Source: Octopus vulgaris (taxonomy: Eukaryota). Taken from it: a stretch of DNA of 64,000 nt. This document shows positions 25,918-38,048 of the stretch, one piece after another. The position numbers were made by a program, and so were the translations under genes. The DNA lies in the NCBI GenBank assembly GCA_951406725.2, contig OX597816.1, positions 113,708,001-113,772,000 on the forward strand. Reading direction: 5' to 3'. Every line of letters starts with the position of its first letter. The stretch's first letter is position 1. Below the pieces are notes generated by a model. The model was not told the DNA's origin. It worked only from the letters and a program-made list of their open reading frames with translations, and ran no database searches.

Positions 25918-26338
25918 ACACATCTATATATATCACAAAAACCACAATTAGTCATATGCACCATATACATGAATGCATATTATACACAAATATATATGGC
26001 ATGTTAATTTATTCAAGTTCAGTTTCAAGTTTGCTTTGAACAGTTGCTATCATAGTAGAACATTGTACACATATATCTAGTATTATAATACCGTAACATA
26101 GGCCATTAAATATTTTACTGTTTCCTATATACTCCATGTTTGTCTTGTTTGTATACACTAGCATGTTCCTGTGTGGCCTATACTTATAATATGGCTCTGT
26201 CTTCCACCTTCATGGCAGTGAGAGAAGACTATGTGCTTTCTACCTTAAGCAATAACCTATCTGGAGTTTTGTTAAGCTTAACTAAATTGAATGCTTTTTA
26301 TTCATTCAAATGGGAATCACAGGTAAAACCTCTACATA

Positions 26339-26509
26339 GGTGCAGGAGTGGCTGTGTAGTAAGTGGCTTGCTTACCAACCACATGGTTCCAGGTTCAGTC
26401 CCACTGCATGGCACCTTGGGCAAGTGTCTTCTACTATAGTCTCAGGCCGACCAAAGCCTTGTGAGTGGATTTGGTAGACGGAAACTGAAAGAAGCCCATC
26501 GTATATATG

Positions 26510-26540
<31 letters not shown>

Positions 26541-26754
26541 ATATGTTTGTGTGTCTGTGCTTGTTCCCCCAACATTGCCTGACAACTGATGCTGGTGTGT
26601 TTACGTCCCCGTAACTTAGCGGTTTGGCAAAAGAGATTGATTGAATAAGTACTAGGCTTAGAAAGAATCAGTCCTGGGGTCGATTTGCTTGACTAAAGCT
26701 GGTGCTCCAGCATGGCCACAGTCAAACGACTGAAACGAGTAAAAGAGTAAAAGA
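26339..26754 (+). mobile_element. tRNA-derived SINE, group A, full length with internal (TA/TG)n
   Basis: A box tggctgtgtag, B box ggttcagtccc, CORE-like ggcaccttgggcaagtgtc, tail gactgaaac..gtaaaagagtaaaag. Confidence 0.92.
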
Positions 26755-27598
26755 ATTATAAAAAATTTTCCTGCCATCTTTCAGTGACAAAGATTATAAA
26801 TAACTCTCCAAAACATTCATTCTATGATACTTTGCATCACAGTCATTCATACTTGATGAAGATGTTGCAAATTAGCTTCGTGTCCAGATTTAGAAACTAA
26901 AAGCTTCATGTCAAACATTGTGCAAAATTATGTTATTGAATGGAATTTGATCATCTATAAGCTCATTTTTGAAGCTTTCTATTCTCATGTGTGAAACTAA
27001 AACAAACAAGCAAATAAATAGATAAATAAAAACAAAAAAAAATCACTGTAACTTTATAAGAAAACTAGAACAGTGAAAAGAAAGAAATAGGAAAAACTTA
27101 GCTTTCACTCTTTGAGAAATAATGAATGAAGTATTCCTTAGGGATTCACTTGTAGGTAGTATTCTAAGAGACTTTCTAATAGTTTTTATGTAAGAGCTTT
27201 GGAAAACTTATACTTATTTGAATCTAAAGCATTACCTTCATTGAATAATCTGTTCATCGTAGTTTTAGTTATAATCCCAATGAAAATGGCTGAATAGCTG
27301 AGTTGATTTTCTTCATCTTTGGTATCTATTTTATAAATTTACTCAAAAGATTAAGAAAAGAATGTAATTCACTGTCTAACAGGTTCTCTTCTCAAATCAA
27401 GTTGAAATTGGTGAAAGATAATAAAATAGTAAATGTTTCTTTAACAGTATGATGAAAAAGCAAATAAATCTTTAAGACAGGATTTGAAAGGAGTATCTTT
27501 GAGACAATTAATCTGGGAGGTTTATTAATATGAACTATGTAAAATACTCTGCTGTGTATCAACAAGCAGAATTACCATCTTAATCATCATTTCATTAA

Positions 27599-27825
27599 TC
27601 CTTTAGTATCTAAACTTGCAAATATCTGGCTCAAATATTCTACCTGTTTTATGTTCAAATCAGCTAGTACTGGCCTGCCACACCTACTCTACAATGTCAT
27701 TCTAAATTAAGCAATCACATATTAGCAATCCCATTTTTGAAATCTCAAAGCGACAAGATAATGCATTCAAAACAATGTGAATGAATATACATTATATTTG
27801 ACAGAGTAATCTGAATGCTAAAGTG
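27599..27825. mobile_element. piggyBac-like MITE
   Basis: TTAA|tcctttagtatcta ... tgaatgctaaagtg|TTAA. Degenerate TIRs with TTAA on both sides. Confidence 0.7.
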
Positions 27826-28032
27826 TTAAGACTGTTTCTAGGCTTACCCATCTTGCACATACATTCATAAAAATTTTTCTGTACTCAGTTGCATAAAAGC
27901 ATTAAAACTCATCTAACAGATCAACGTAAAAGTTTTCTAAGTTAAAACTACATATATTCATAAATTTGGCTGAAGCAAAAGAAGCAAATTAAGTTTTAGA
28001 TAACAATGCAATGTAATTAGTAAAACATTTAA

Positions 28033-28270
28033 GGCAGCGAGCTGGCAGAAACGTTAGCACACTGGGTGAAATACTTAGTGGTATTTCATCTGCCACTACG
28101 TTCAGAGTTCAAATTCTGCAGAGGTCAACATTGTCTTTCATCCATTCGGGGTTGATTAAATAAGTACCAGTTACGCTCTGGGGTCAATATAATCGACTTA
28201 ATCCGTTTGTCTGTCCTCGTTTGTCCCCTCTGTGTGTATCCCCTTGTGGGCAGTAAAGAAATAAAGAAAT
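28033..28270 (+). mobile_element. SINE group B (B2 tail)
   Basis: Homologous to 13834-14063. Confidence 0.9.
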
Positions 28271-28421
28271 AAATAATACATTAAACTGAGGGACTTGTCT
28301 AAACGAGCCCTTCTTTGACATACATCAGAATCAGCTGAAAAACAGTCTGAAACAAAGATTATAGAATGCCTTTTACAATGCTCTGCAAAGAGAATAGGGA
28401 GTCATAAAGTTTTTTGATAAA

Positions 28422-28606
28422 GGTGCAGGTGTGGTTATGTGGTAAAAAGCTTGCTTCCCAGCCACATGATTCTAGGTTCAGTCCCACTGCATGGCATGTT
28501 GGGTAAGTATTTTCTTGTATAGCCCCTTGGGCTGATCAACTTCTTGTGAGTAGATTTAGTAGATAGTAACAGAAAGAAGCTTGTTATATATATGTGTGTG
28601 TGTATA

Positions 28607-28647
<41 letters not shown>

Positions 28648-28876
28648 ACCTTTACATTTGTGTTTGTCCCCCACTTCTGCTTGACAACCAGTGTTGGTAT
28701 GTTTACACCCCCCATAACTTAGCAGTTCAACAAAAGAGACCAATAGAATAAGTATCAGGCTTAACAAAGACAATAAAAAATAAGCAATCAGGTAAATTCA
28801 TTTGACTAAAATTCTTCAAGGTGGTACCCCAGCATGGCCGCAGTCTAATGACTGAAACAAATCAAATGAAAATGAC
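28422..28876 (+). mobile_element. SINE group A
   Basis: Homologous to 26339, with a longer internal (TG)n. Confidence 0.88.
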
Positions 28877-29187
28877 AGGGGAGAATTTCTGAAATACAGA
28901 CATTTTCTGCCAAATACATGAATACATGAAGAGACAACAAAGCCTTGAAATTCATACATAATGCAGAAAGGTCGACAAGTACATTATTGAACATACCTAT
29001 ATTCACTACTCCACTTACTGGAGCCTTTTTAAGAAGCAAAATTATGACAGATCTACTCAAGAAATATAAAAAATGTTAATCTATTGATGCCTTATTTAAA
29101 GTTTTAGTTTATCTAAAATTAATAAATGAAAACAATTAGCCTCCCAGTAATTAAGAAAAAGGGAACTGCATCAAATATAATTAAATA

Positions 29188-29590
29188 GGTGCAGGAGTGG
29201 CTGTGTGGTAAGTAGCTTGCTTACCAACCACATGGTTTCAGGTTCAGTCCCACTGTGTGGCACCTTGGGCAAGTGTCTTCTACTATGGCCTCAGGCCAAC
29301 CAGGGCCTTGTGGGTAGATTTGGTAGACGGAAACTGAAAGAAGCCTGTCGTATATATGTATATATATGTGTGTGTGTGTGTGTATGTGTCTTTGTTTGTC
29401 CCCCCAACATCGCTTGACAACTGATGCTGGAGTGCTTACGTACCTGTAACTTAGCGGTTCGGCGAAAGAGAATGATAGAATAAGTACTAGGCTTACAAAA
29501 AATAAGTTCTGGGGTCGATTTGCTCGACTAAAGGCTGTGCTCCAGCATGGCTGCAGTCAAATGACTGAAACAAGTAAAAGAGTAAAAGAA
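29188..29590 (+). mobile_element. SINE group A
   Basis: Homologous to 26339. Confidence 0.92.
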
Positions 29591-30707
29591 AGTAATCAAG
29601 CAATACAAGGGAAATTTTTGAAATAGATTAAAAGAAATAGGCAGTTTATGAATGGTTTGTTCTTAGCCTTTAGCTCACCCTGATGAAAAGCTAAACAGGG
29701 AATTTAGGCTTCTTTCATCTGATGACACATTAAAGATGAAAACTGCCATTGTTATATTTAGTCATTAGTATTAAGTATTTAGTGATTTTATGAAAATTCA
29801 AGTAAAAGCCTGACTTGTATAACAGCAGTGGTAAAGTTATGTTAAAATTTTAGAAGTGTCATGTTAAAATCTCAGGTTATTAAAATATAAAATTTGTTAC
29901 TAGAATACAGGGCAATGACAGAATTTATAACACCTGTTATGTTTTGACTGGAATAATGTAGAAAATATGAAATATAATACTGAAAAATTCCAGAACTCAA
30001 TGAGATTGAAAGTTTTTGAAAGGAATATTCTTTAAGTGACATAGAGAAATAAGGAAAATATTTGTTTAAAACAAGAAGAAAATTAAGTGGATATTTAAAG
30101 ATGAAAATGAGTTGAGCACATACATTACTTTAAAATCCATTGTTATATTTTAATTACTTATTTTAATTACTTATAATTAAAATGTTACAGTCTAACAGCA
30201 TCATTCTGATTTGTGTAGAAATTTTTCACTTTTATATAAGAGCGACTTTGCAAAACAAAGTTTAATTTAGTTCCACAAGATTTCAACTGGAAAACAACTT
30301 GCTGGAAGGTACTAATGTAAGACGATTTACTTATGCTGATGTTTTCAATCATTGCATCCAGAATAAAGGGAATCATTAAAAATATTGTTTTGTAATTTAA
30401 AATTTAGGCACAATTTTCTATAAAAATGTTATTAAATAACATGTCAGCTAAAAGCTAAATGACAAAATTCAATTTACTATATTTATAAGTTTGGTTTTAG
30501 TTCTTAGAAATCTTAGCTGTACTTATTCTCTCTTGAGATATGTTTTAGTTGCTGAAATACATAAAGTGTGTTCAGAATATTTTCAATAAAATGTGTGTTT
30601 AATTAATTATTTGTGAAATAAATTGCAATTACACTTTGTGCACAAAATATACTTAGAGATGTTTTACAGGAAACAGAGATAATTTAAAGCTTAAGCTTTT
30701 TTTAACA

Positions 30708-31625
30708 TCTACTACATATGTGGGAAATTCTGTCTAAAGGGTGTGTTTGTGGGGTTGTTAGCTAACTCCTCCTACATTGTTTTATCCATTTTGCTGAAAC
30801 TTGACACATGAGTAGAACTCATGTCTGGAAACCTCATGGCATACTCAGATTGTTGAAAAAAATCAATACTAGGGGCCCTTGAAGGGATCTTATATATATC
30901 TAATATATTTTATTTTAAAAGGCAAGGGAAATAACCCATTCGCCTCTGGAAGGGATCCTTATATATAGCCAAGGGAAGTAACCCATTCATTTTCCTAAAT
31001 TACTTGGTAAAAATGGAATTGAGTATGCTTATTTCTTAGTATTTGAACTGTTAGAGTTATTTTTACACTTTATCCAGTACAACCCTTAAACAAGTAAATA
31101 ATGTTTTCCTAAACAATAGATCCACTTATTTCAGTTAGTGACTTATTCAATTAATATACCAATACTAGCACCCCTGAGGGTAAAGTTCTCTGGGAATGCA
31201 CGAAAGCCCTTTTCAGAGTTATTTACTTTGAATTCTTATTATCTCATATCTGATTAGCCTGTTATTACATAACATGCTTCACGATTTTAGTATATGTACC
31301 TTATTAGTATTTCTTCCTATGTTCTATATACTCTGGGGACACATTAAAGCTCTTTTGAGGGCTACTTTATTTGAATTCTTACTATTGGGTAACTAATTTC
31401 ATGTTATTACATAAGTGACTTCACAATTTGGGTATTCATAACTTAATGGGGATTCCTAAAAACAAGATCCTGTGTAAGGCAGTTCTGTATTCTCTGTAAA
31501 TACACAAAAACCTTTTTAAGCACTGTATACTTTGTATTGTTGTTATTGGATTAGCAAAACAATTATGAGAATGGAACCAAGAGATAAGCCCCACTTTCCC
31601 GGGAATTACTGGGTATGTCAGCTAG
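30708..31625 (+). mobile_element. Non-autonomous Helitron-like element
   Basis: 5' a|TCtactacatat. 3' GC hairpin cccgg-gaatta-ctggg about 12 nt before CTAG|t. Inserted between A and T, no TSD. Confidence 0.7.
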
Positions 31626-31972
31626 TATACAAATATTTCCTATTGCTAGTACAATTTCAGAGATGCCAGTAGAGGAACCAATGCATAAACAAGTGGTTTT
31701 AACATGCAACAAACTAAAAAAAAGGAATAAATGATTATTTTATGATCTTCATTAGCTGACAGGTGACTTAACTATGCATCTATTGTATCTTACTGCAGAA
31801 ACAGCTGTAAGCTAATGAAATTCATAAGATAATTGTTTATTCCCTTGTCACTTCATTTTCTTATATGTTTTTAAGATGGTGCCCCAGCATGGCCACAGTT
31901 TAATGACTGAAGCCAGTAAAAGATAAATGATATATAATAATAATATTTATATATTTATAATATAGTTATATA

Positions 31973-32380
31973 AGCATAGGAGTGGCTGTGTGATAAGTAG
32001 CTTGCTTACAATCCACATGATTCCGGGTTCAGTCCCACAGCGTGGCACCTTGGGCAAGTGTCTTCTACTATAGCCTTGGGCCGACCAAAGCCTTGTGAGT
32101 GGATTTGGTAGACGGAAACTGAAGGAAGCCCGTCGTATATATGTGTATGCATATATATATATATGTATGTGTGTGTGTATATGTTTGTGTCCCCCCCCTC
32201 CCAATATCGCCTGACAACCAATGCTGGTGTTTTTATGTCCCTGTAACTTAGTGGTTCGGCGAAAGAGACCGATAGAATAAGTACTAGGCTTACAAAACAT
32301 AAGTCCTGGGGTTGATTTGCTCGACTAAAGGCGGTGCTCCAGCATGGCCACAGTCAAATGACTGAAAAGAGTAAAAGAGT
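31973..32380 (+). mobile_element. SINE group A
   Basis: Homologous to 26339. An extra isolated tail fragment lies at ~31875-31925. Confidence 0.92.
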
Positions 32381-32549
32381 TAAGAGTATATAGGGGTTCC
32401 CTGAAACAATGAATATATTTCAAGAATTCCCACCAAAGTTGAGAAATGCTGTGGTAAATTGTCAAAAGATTTCCTGATACATTTAAAAGCTGGTTTCTAA
32501 CATTATTCCACTCTGTCATACATCATTCATTTATAACATAGATTCAAAC

Positions 32550-32723
32550 CAGAGGTGTATATTCCAGGTATGCTAGGTGTGTGCTGCACACCCATCAAAA
32601 ATGGCAAAATACTCATTAATTTAATCACAAATCTTAATGGAAAACTCTTGTTATACCCTTGCTTGAAATTTGTGGCACTGGATATGGTAGCACATGCAAT
32701 ACAACAACCACCATACACCTCTG
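32550..32723. mobile_element. 174-bp hAT-type MITE
   Basis: Perfect 11-bp TIR cagaggtgtat/atacacctctg. Perfect 8-bp TSD attcaaac at 32542-32549 and 32724-32731. Confidence 0.88.
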
Positions 32724-32975
32724 ATTCAAACCAATTTAAACATTTCTGCAATATGGCTGAGACAAAGCACCTCAAGGGAGTGTTATGCATACTAAATACA
32801 CATTAGAGTTTCACCTATGTATTTTAGGGAATCAAATAACTTTTTAGGAATGCTGAAAATCTAAAAACAACATGTAAAGGAGATAACTCAACCAAGATCA
32901 AGAGACCAAAAATGATTGGAAAATATTGATAAAGCATACGAGAATGGGTCTTGTCGTTAAAACTAACTGGTGAAA

Positions 32976-33018
32976 GCTGCAGATATGTTTAAGCTTTACT
33001 AGTCCTCTTCAGTGAAGC
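32976..33018 (-). ncRNA. Decayed minimal hammerhead-like motif (Penelope pLTR type)
   Basis: Minus strand gcuuca-CUGAAGA-ggacuaguaaagcu-UAAAC-au-AUC-ugcagc. Helix I pairs 5/6. GAAA is mutated to UAAA. Confidence 0.4.
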
Positions 33019-33503
33019 ATATTCTATTCAGTTAGTATGACTTAGAAGTTATTGAAATGTTATCATTTTCCCTCAGTTATTTAAGCCAGAATACTTGAAA
33101 TACGTTAGTTGTGATTAGCAGTATGAACCTTTGATTTGTATTTTATATTAATTATATATTCTGTTGAACTTATGTCAGCTTGGAAGAAGAATGATGATGA
33201 TGATGATGATGATGATGATATAATTATAAATTAAAGGTCGATGATGATGTTGTTGATGATGATGATGATGATTATAAATTATTTTAATTGTTTTTAAATA
33301 AAATAATACATGAGAATCTTTCATAATTAATGAACAGCTTGTTGTTACTTCTTGTACCACTAATAATACAGATTCTTTGTTAGTATTTTATAACACCTGC
33401 ATTGTTTACATAAAACAATTTGTTCATTTCTCACACATTATAACATTACTTGAAAGAAATAGCTTTCTTTCTTTCTTTCTTTGTTTTTAATTTTTACATG
33501 CAG

Positions 33504-33544
33504 AAAATTTTCCTAGGGATGCCTTCTGCATGAAAAATATTCAG
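33504..33544 (+). CDS. Candidate 41-nt host micro-exon (..NFPRDAFCMKNIQ)
   Basis: Long pyrimidine tract plus tgcag acceptor, and cag|gtaaat donor. No homology recognised. Confidence 0.2.
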
Positions 33545-34019
33545 GTAAATGCCAGCCAATATACTTAATGTAGTGAAACAAAAAGAAGTTCTTTTAAAAA
33601 TAAAATTCAAATTTACAAACCTGATTTTCATTAAGTACAATGATGATTCCAGACATACTAAGGTCTTATTGCATCTCCTCAGTGGAAAGTAGTTTAATAA
33701 ACATTATTTATCCATTATTCACATGGAGTTCACTCTATTGCAACATTCAAAGCAGGACCCTAGCATGGTCTTATGATTCCAGTTGCAGCTTTCACTGCAT
33801 AGAATCACAGTTTGTCAGAGGATGCAGGTAAAAAAGATTTACCCTGGAAATTCAGGGCCAAATAGTGTACCTCATGAATCTACTTTATCAGCTGGTGTGT
33901 AATCTTGTATCCCTTTTTGTCCAAGTGCGCAACTGATACACCTGCAGACAAAGGATTTGGGGATGACCTTCTAAGGTCACTGATATCCAAGTTATAGGGA
34001 TATAAGTAGAGGTTAGTTT

Positions 34020-34740
34020 CAACTTAAGTATTGTGGTCTCTTCCTTCCCCATCCACAATCCAACCAGAAAAAAATTTCATGAAATGTAAAAGAACCAATT
34101 TACTATTTGCTATGCTGGAAACTCTCCTACACCTCTCAAATACTTGTAGATTCAAGTCCATCCTGGACTCTAAACATCACCTCACAAATATTACACATTC
34201 CACACATCCTGTTCTCCATGAAACAAATTTCTTGCCCCTTTACTATAGCCTGTGACTGATATCCATGTAACATCTACTTTCAAATTTTTCTCTCAGTACT
34301 AGAGTTTGCATATATGTAGAATCCACTCTCATCTCTACTTATATCTCTCATCCAGATATCTGTAACAAAAACTTCCAGTTATTCTGGCTTAAAATCTCCC
34401 TTTCTCACATCTCTAAATTCATTTATGCTGCTTTCCAAACACCTCAAATCTCCATCTATCTTTCATCCAAAAGTGAAGGCATCTACCTCACTTCACCCTT
34501 CAAATCTCCCTTTCTCACATCTCTAAATTCATTTATGCTGCTTTCCAAACACCTCAAATCTCCATCTATCTTTCATCCAAAAGTGAAGGCATCTACCTCA
34601 CTTCACCCTTCTCTGAAGTCATTGTTCTCCATGACTTTGATATCCACCCACAACTTCTGCTGGCCTCATGGTACTCCTGTAACACTAAAGGTGCAGGTGC
34701 AGAAACAGAATCTGTCGCTTCTCTCATTTCTCTAGAACAA
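34020..34740 (+). mobile_element. Highly decayed APE-LINE endonuclease relic
   Basis: C/T-rich strand resembling the 17300-18000 relic. HDFDIH resembles the GDFNxH motif. Confidence 0.4.
34392..34611. repeat. Perfect 110-bp tandem duplication
   Basis: 34392-34501 and 34502-34611 read identically. Confidence 0.95.
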
Positions 34741-35095
34741 ATAAGAACTTTTTCATTGATTGTTCGTAAATCACACCAGTGGTGGATCTACAATATTGGG
34801 GCGCTAAAGCTTAAAATGTTATGGGGGCCCCCTATACAGCCATCAACAGTAGGATAACACCCAACTAGGGTCAAAGAATTTTCTTGTCCTTGCAAGAACT
34901 CCAGCTTTGAGGCCCTGATAGCCCAAATGGTGAAGTGGTTCTGTGGAGTCCTTAAATATGAGTCTGACAGTGAGCACTCTTTCCACCAGAAACAAGGGGT
35001 TTCTTTGTCGATGTGGTTGTTCCATTGCAGATCACGACAATTTTCATTACAGATTTAAGCACTACATTTCAGATTGTGATTTTCAAAGTCAATGG

Positions 35096-35930
35096 TCATC
35101 ATCATCATCATCATCATTTAATGCCCGTTTTCCATGCCAGCATGGGTTGGATGATTCGACCGGGGTCTGGGAAGCCAGGAGGCTGCACCAGGATCCAGTC
35201 TGATCTGGCAGTGTTTCTACAGCTGGATGCCCTTCCTAATGTCAACCACTCTGTGAGTGTAGTGGCTACTTTTTATGTGTCACTGGCACAGGGGCCAGAG
35301 GAGGCTGGCAGCAGCCATGATCGGTTGGTGCTTTTTACGGCCACCGGCACGGAAGCCAGTCAAGGTGGCACTGGCATCAGCCACATTCGGATGGTGGTTT
35401 TTTATGTGTCACTGGCACAGGTATCACAACTACAATTTCCATTTGATTTTTATTTTGATGTTGATGTACTTGACCCAGTAGGTCTTCTCAAGTACAGCAG
35501 GTCACCCTACAATCCAAGGTAAGCACAGCAGGCCATCCTGTGATCCATGAACTCACTTCATTTGTCAAGTCTTTGCAGTCACAGCATATCTCCAGAGGTC
35601 TCGATCTTTCATCATTGCCTCTGTGAGGCCCAACGTTTGAAGGTCATGCTTGACCACCTCGTCCCATGTCTTCCTGGGTCTACCTCTACTCCAGATTCCT
35701 TCAACTGTTTGGGAGTGGCACTTTTTCCCACATCTCTCCTCATCCATCCATAGTACATGACCATACCAATGCAAACGTCTCTCCTGCATGCCACATCCGA
35801 TGCTTTGTATGTCCAACATTTCTCTCAGGGCATTTACACTCTGTTGTGCATGCACACTGACATTTCACATCCACCGGATCATGCTAGCTTCATTTCTTTC
35901 GAGCCTACGCATGTCCTGGCTGTCATGGCC
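35096..35930 (-). mobile_element. RTE LINE 3' fragment
   Basis: ORF 35565-35855 ERRLHWYGHVL..RGRPRKTWDEVV..DRDLWR, then 3'UTR and (GAT)n. Confidence 0.9.
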
Positions 35931-36438
35931 CATTTTATTCCCCTGTTATTGCCAGTAAACAAATATTTTCCACACTATGCCTTATACTTTTAGAGTTATG
36001 GGGGTTGAAAATAAGGGAAGCATTATATACATGCATGATGCAACATAGAATAAAGACATAAACCTTAACAAATACCACAGCTGATATAATCTAATATTAA
36101 TCTTATATTTAAGATACATATGAAAATTACAAAATACTTTTTCTTCTATTTTTGTATAGCAACGTATTCCCTTACAGTTTTGTCATATGAAGCTTCCTTG
36201 GAATATCATTTTCTAGAGACAATATGCATAAGGAATTTAAGTACTCTTCAGTCATGCTTTATATGTGTCACAATTTAATTTTAATACATTACGTATATAT
36301 ATATATATGTATGAGCATCCATATATTAATGTGTTTGTGTATGTGTCTATGGATATATCTGCATAAATTTTTATGTCTTTCTTTCTGTATATCTATTAGC
36401 ATAAATATATATGCATATAACTATATGTATATACATAT

Positions 36439-36616
36439 TCTCTTTACTCTTTTACGGGAGCAGCACCTTTAGTCAAGCAAATCAACCCAAGGACTTATTC
36501 TTTGTGAGCCTAGTACTTATTCTATCAGTCTCTTTTGCTGAAGCGCTAAGTTACTGGGACGTAAACACCAGCATCAGTTGTCAAGCGATGTTGGAGGGAC
36601 AAACACAGACACACAA

Positions 36617-36659
<43 letters not shown>

Positions 36660-36830
36660 CATAAATACGACAGGCTTCTTTCAGTTTCCGTCTACCAAAT
36701 CCACTCACAAGGCTTTGGTCAGCCCAAGGTTATAGTAGAAGACACTTGCCCAAGGTGCCACGCAGTGGGACTGAGCCCGGAACCATGTGGTTGGTAAGCA
36801 AGCTACTTACCACACAGCCACTCCTGCACC
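36439..36830 (-). mobile_element. SINE group A
   Basis: Reverse-complement copy of 29188, with a short deletion near the tail. Confidence 0.92.
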
Positions 36831-37753
36831 TTGCCTGCTTCATCAAGTATATTATGTGTGCACTTGTGATAGTTATTGTTTTCAGGGATTGATTATGTAA
36901 ACGGAAATATACTTTCATGCATTTTATTGAAGTAAAACATGGGTTTTGATGAGTGTTCTGAGAAATCCAATCAACATTACTTGAACAATTCATCTATTTT
37001 CATTAGATATACTTTCAGTTTGTTTGTAGCTTAAACGTTATCAGCAGGCCAGTTTTCTTTCTTTTTTTTTTTTTGTCATTATTCAGATAAATGTTGTTAA
37101 CTTGATAATTAATTGCCAGTTTTTCAGTTTTAATAGAATTCTCTATAATCAACTGATTTCTTAGCATATTTATCAGATGATGACTGATTTTTCTTGTGGT
37201 AAAAGTCTTGAGGGATTGTAATGCTGAATTAAACTAGCTCCATAGCAAATTTATTTATATTTTTGGGAAAAATAATTTAGAAAATTACAGTAAATCAAAC
37301 TTATTTATTTACATTTTTCTGTTCTAAAGAACAATGGATAAGTTACTACAACACAAAGTTTATAACACAAAGCATTTGAATAGTGAAAAAAAAAATAGTA
37401 TACAAGTGTATGACTTTATTTTATTACATGTGTCATCAGATATATCTGTATGTAACATGATGTGTTTTACATTATGATATTAGGCAAATCTTCTTAAAGG
37501 AAGATATTTGTTATCAGTATTTCATTCATTTGTTTTCAAGCTAATATAGGTTTGATGAATATATTGTTGGGGCATCATCTTACAACCAGGTACTTTTTGA
37601 GTTATTAAGATAGCTTATTTTTTTAGTTAGGTATCTCTTATCCTACATGTTTTCAAAGGCACAAAACCAGGGGTTAATTTTGTTGATAGGAAATGACAAT
37701 AATTTTACAACTTGTAGCTCAATGATTTTCAGAGAAGTGCACACACACACACA

Positions 37754-37791
<38 letters not shown>

Positions 37792-37816
37792 CACATGAAA
37801 GGCTTCTGTCAGTTTC

Positions 37817-38048
37817 TTATTTCTTTATTGCCCACAAGGGGCTAAACATAGAGGGGACAAACAAGGACAGACAAAGGGATTAAATCGATTACATCGACCC
37901 CAGTGCATAACTCGTACTTAATTTATCGACCCCGATAAGATGAAAGGCAAAGTTGACCTCAGCAGAATTTGAACTCAGAATGTAACGGCAGACGAAATAC
38001 TGCTAAGCGTCTCACCCAGAGTGCTAACGAGTCTGCCAGCTCGCCACC
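37817..38048 (-). mobile_element. SINE group B (B2) nested in a partial group A SINE (37797-38197)
   Basis: 11-bp TSD ctgtcagtttc at 37806-37816 and 38052-38062. Confidence 0.9.

Noticed and set aside
29668-29745. Two CTGATGA motifs near short inverted repeats
   Set aside because: No correctly placed GAAA, helix III and NUH, so not a hammerhead.
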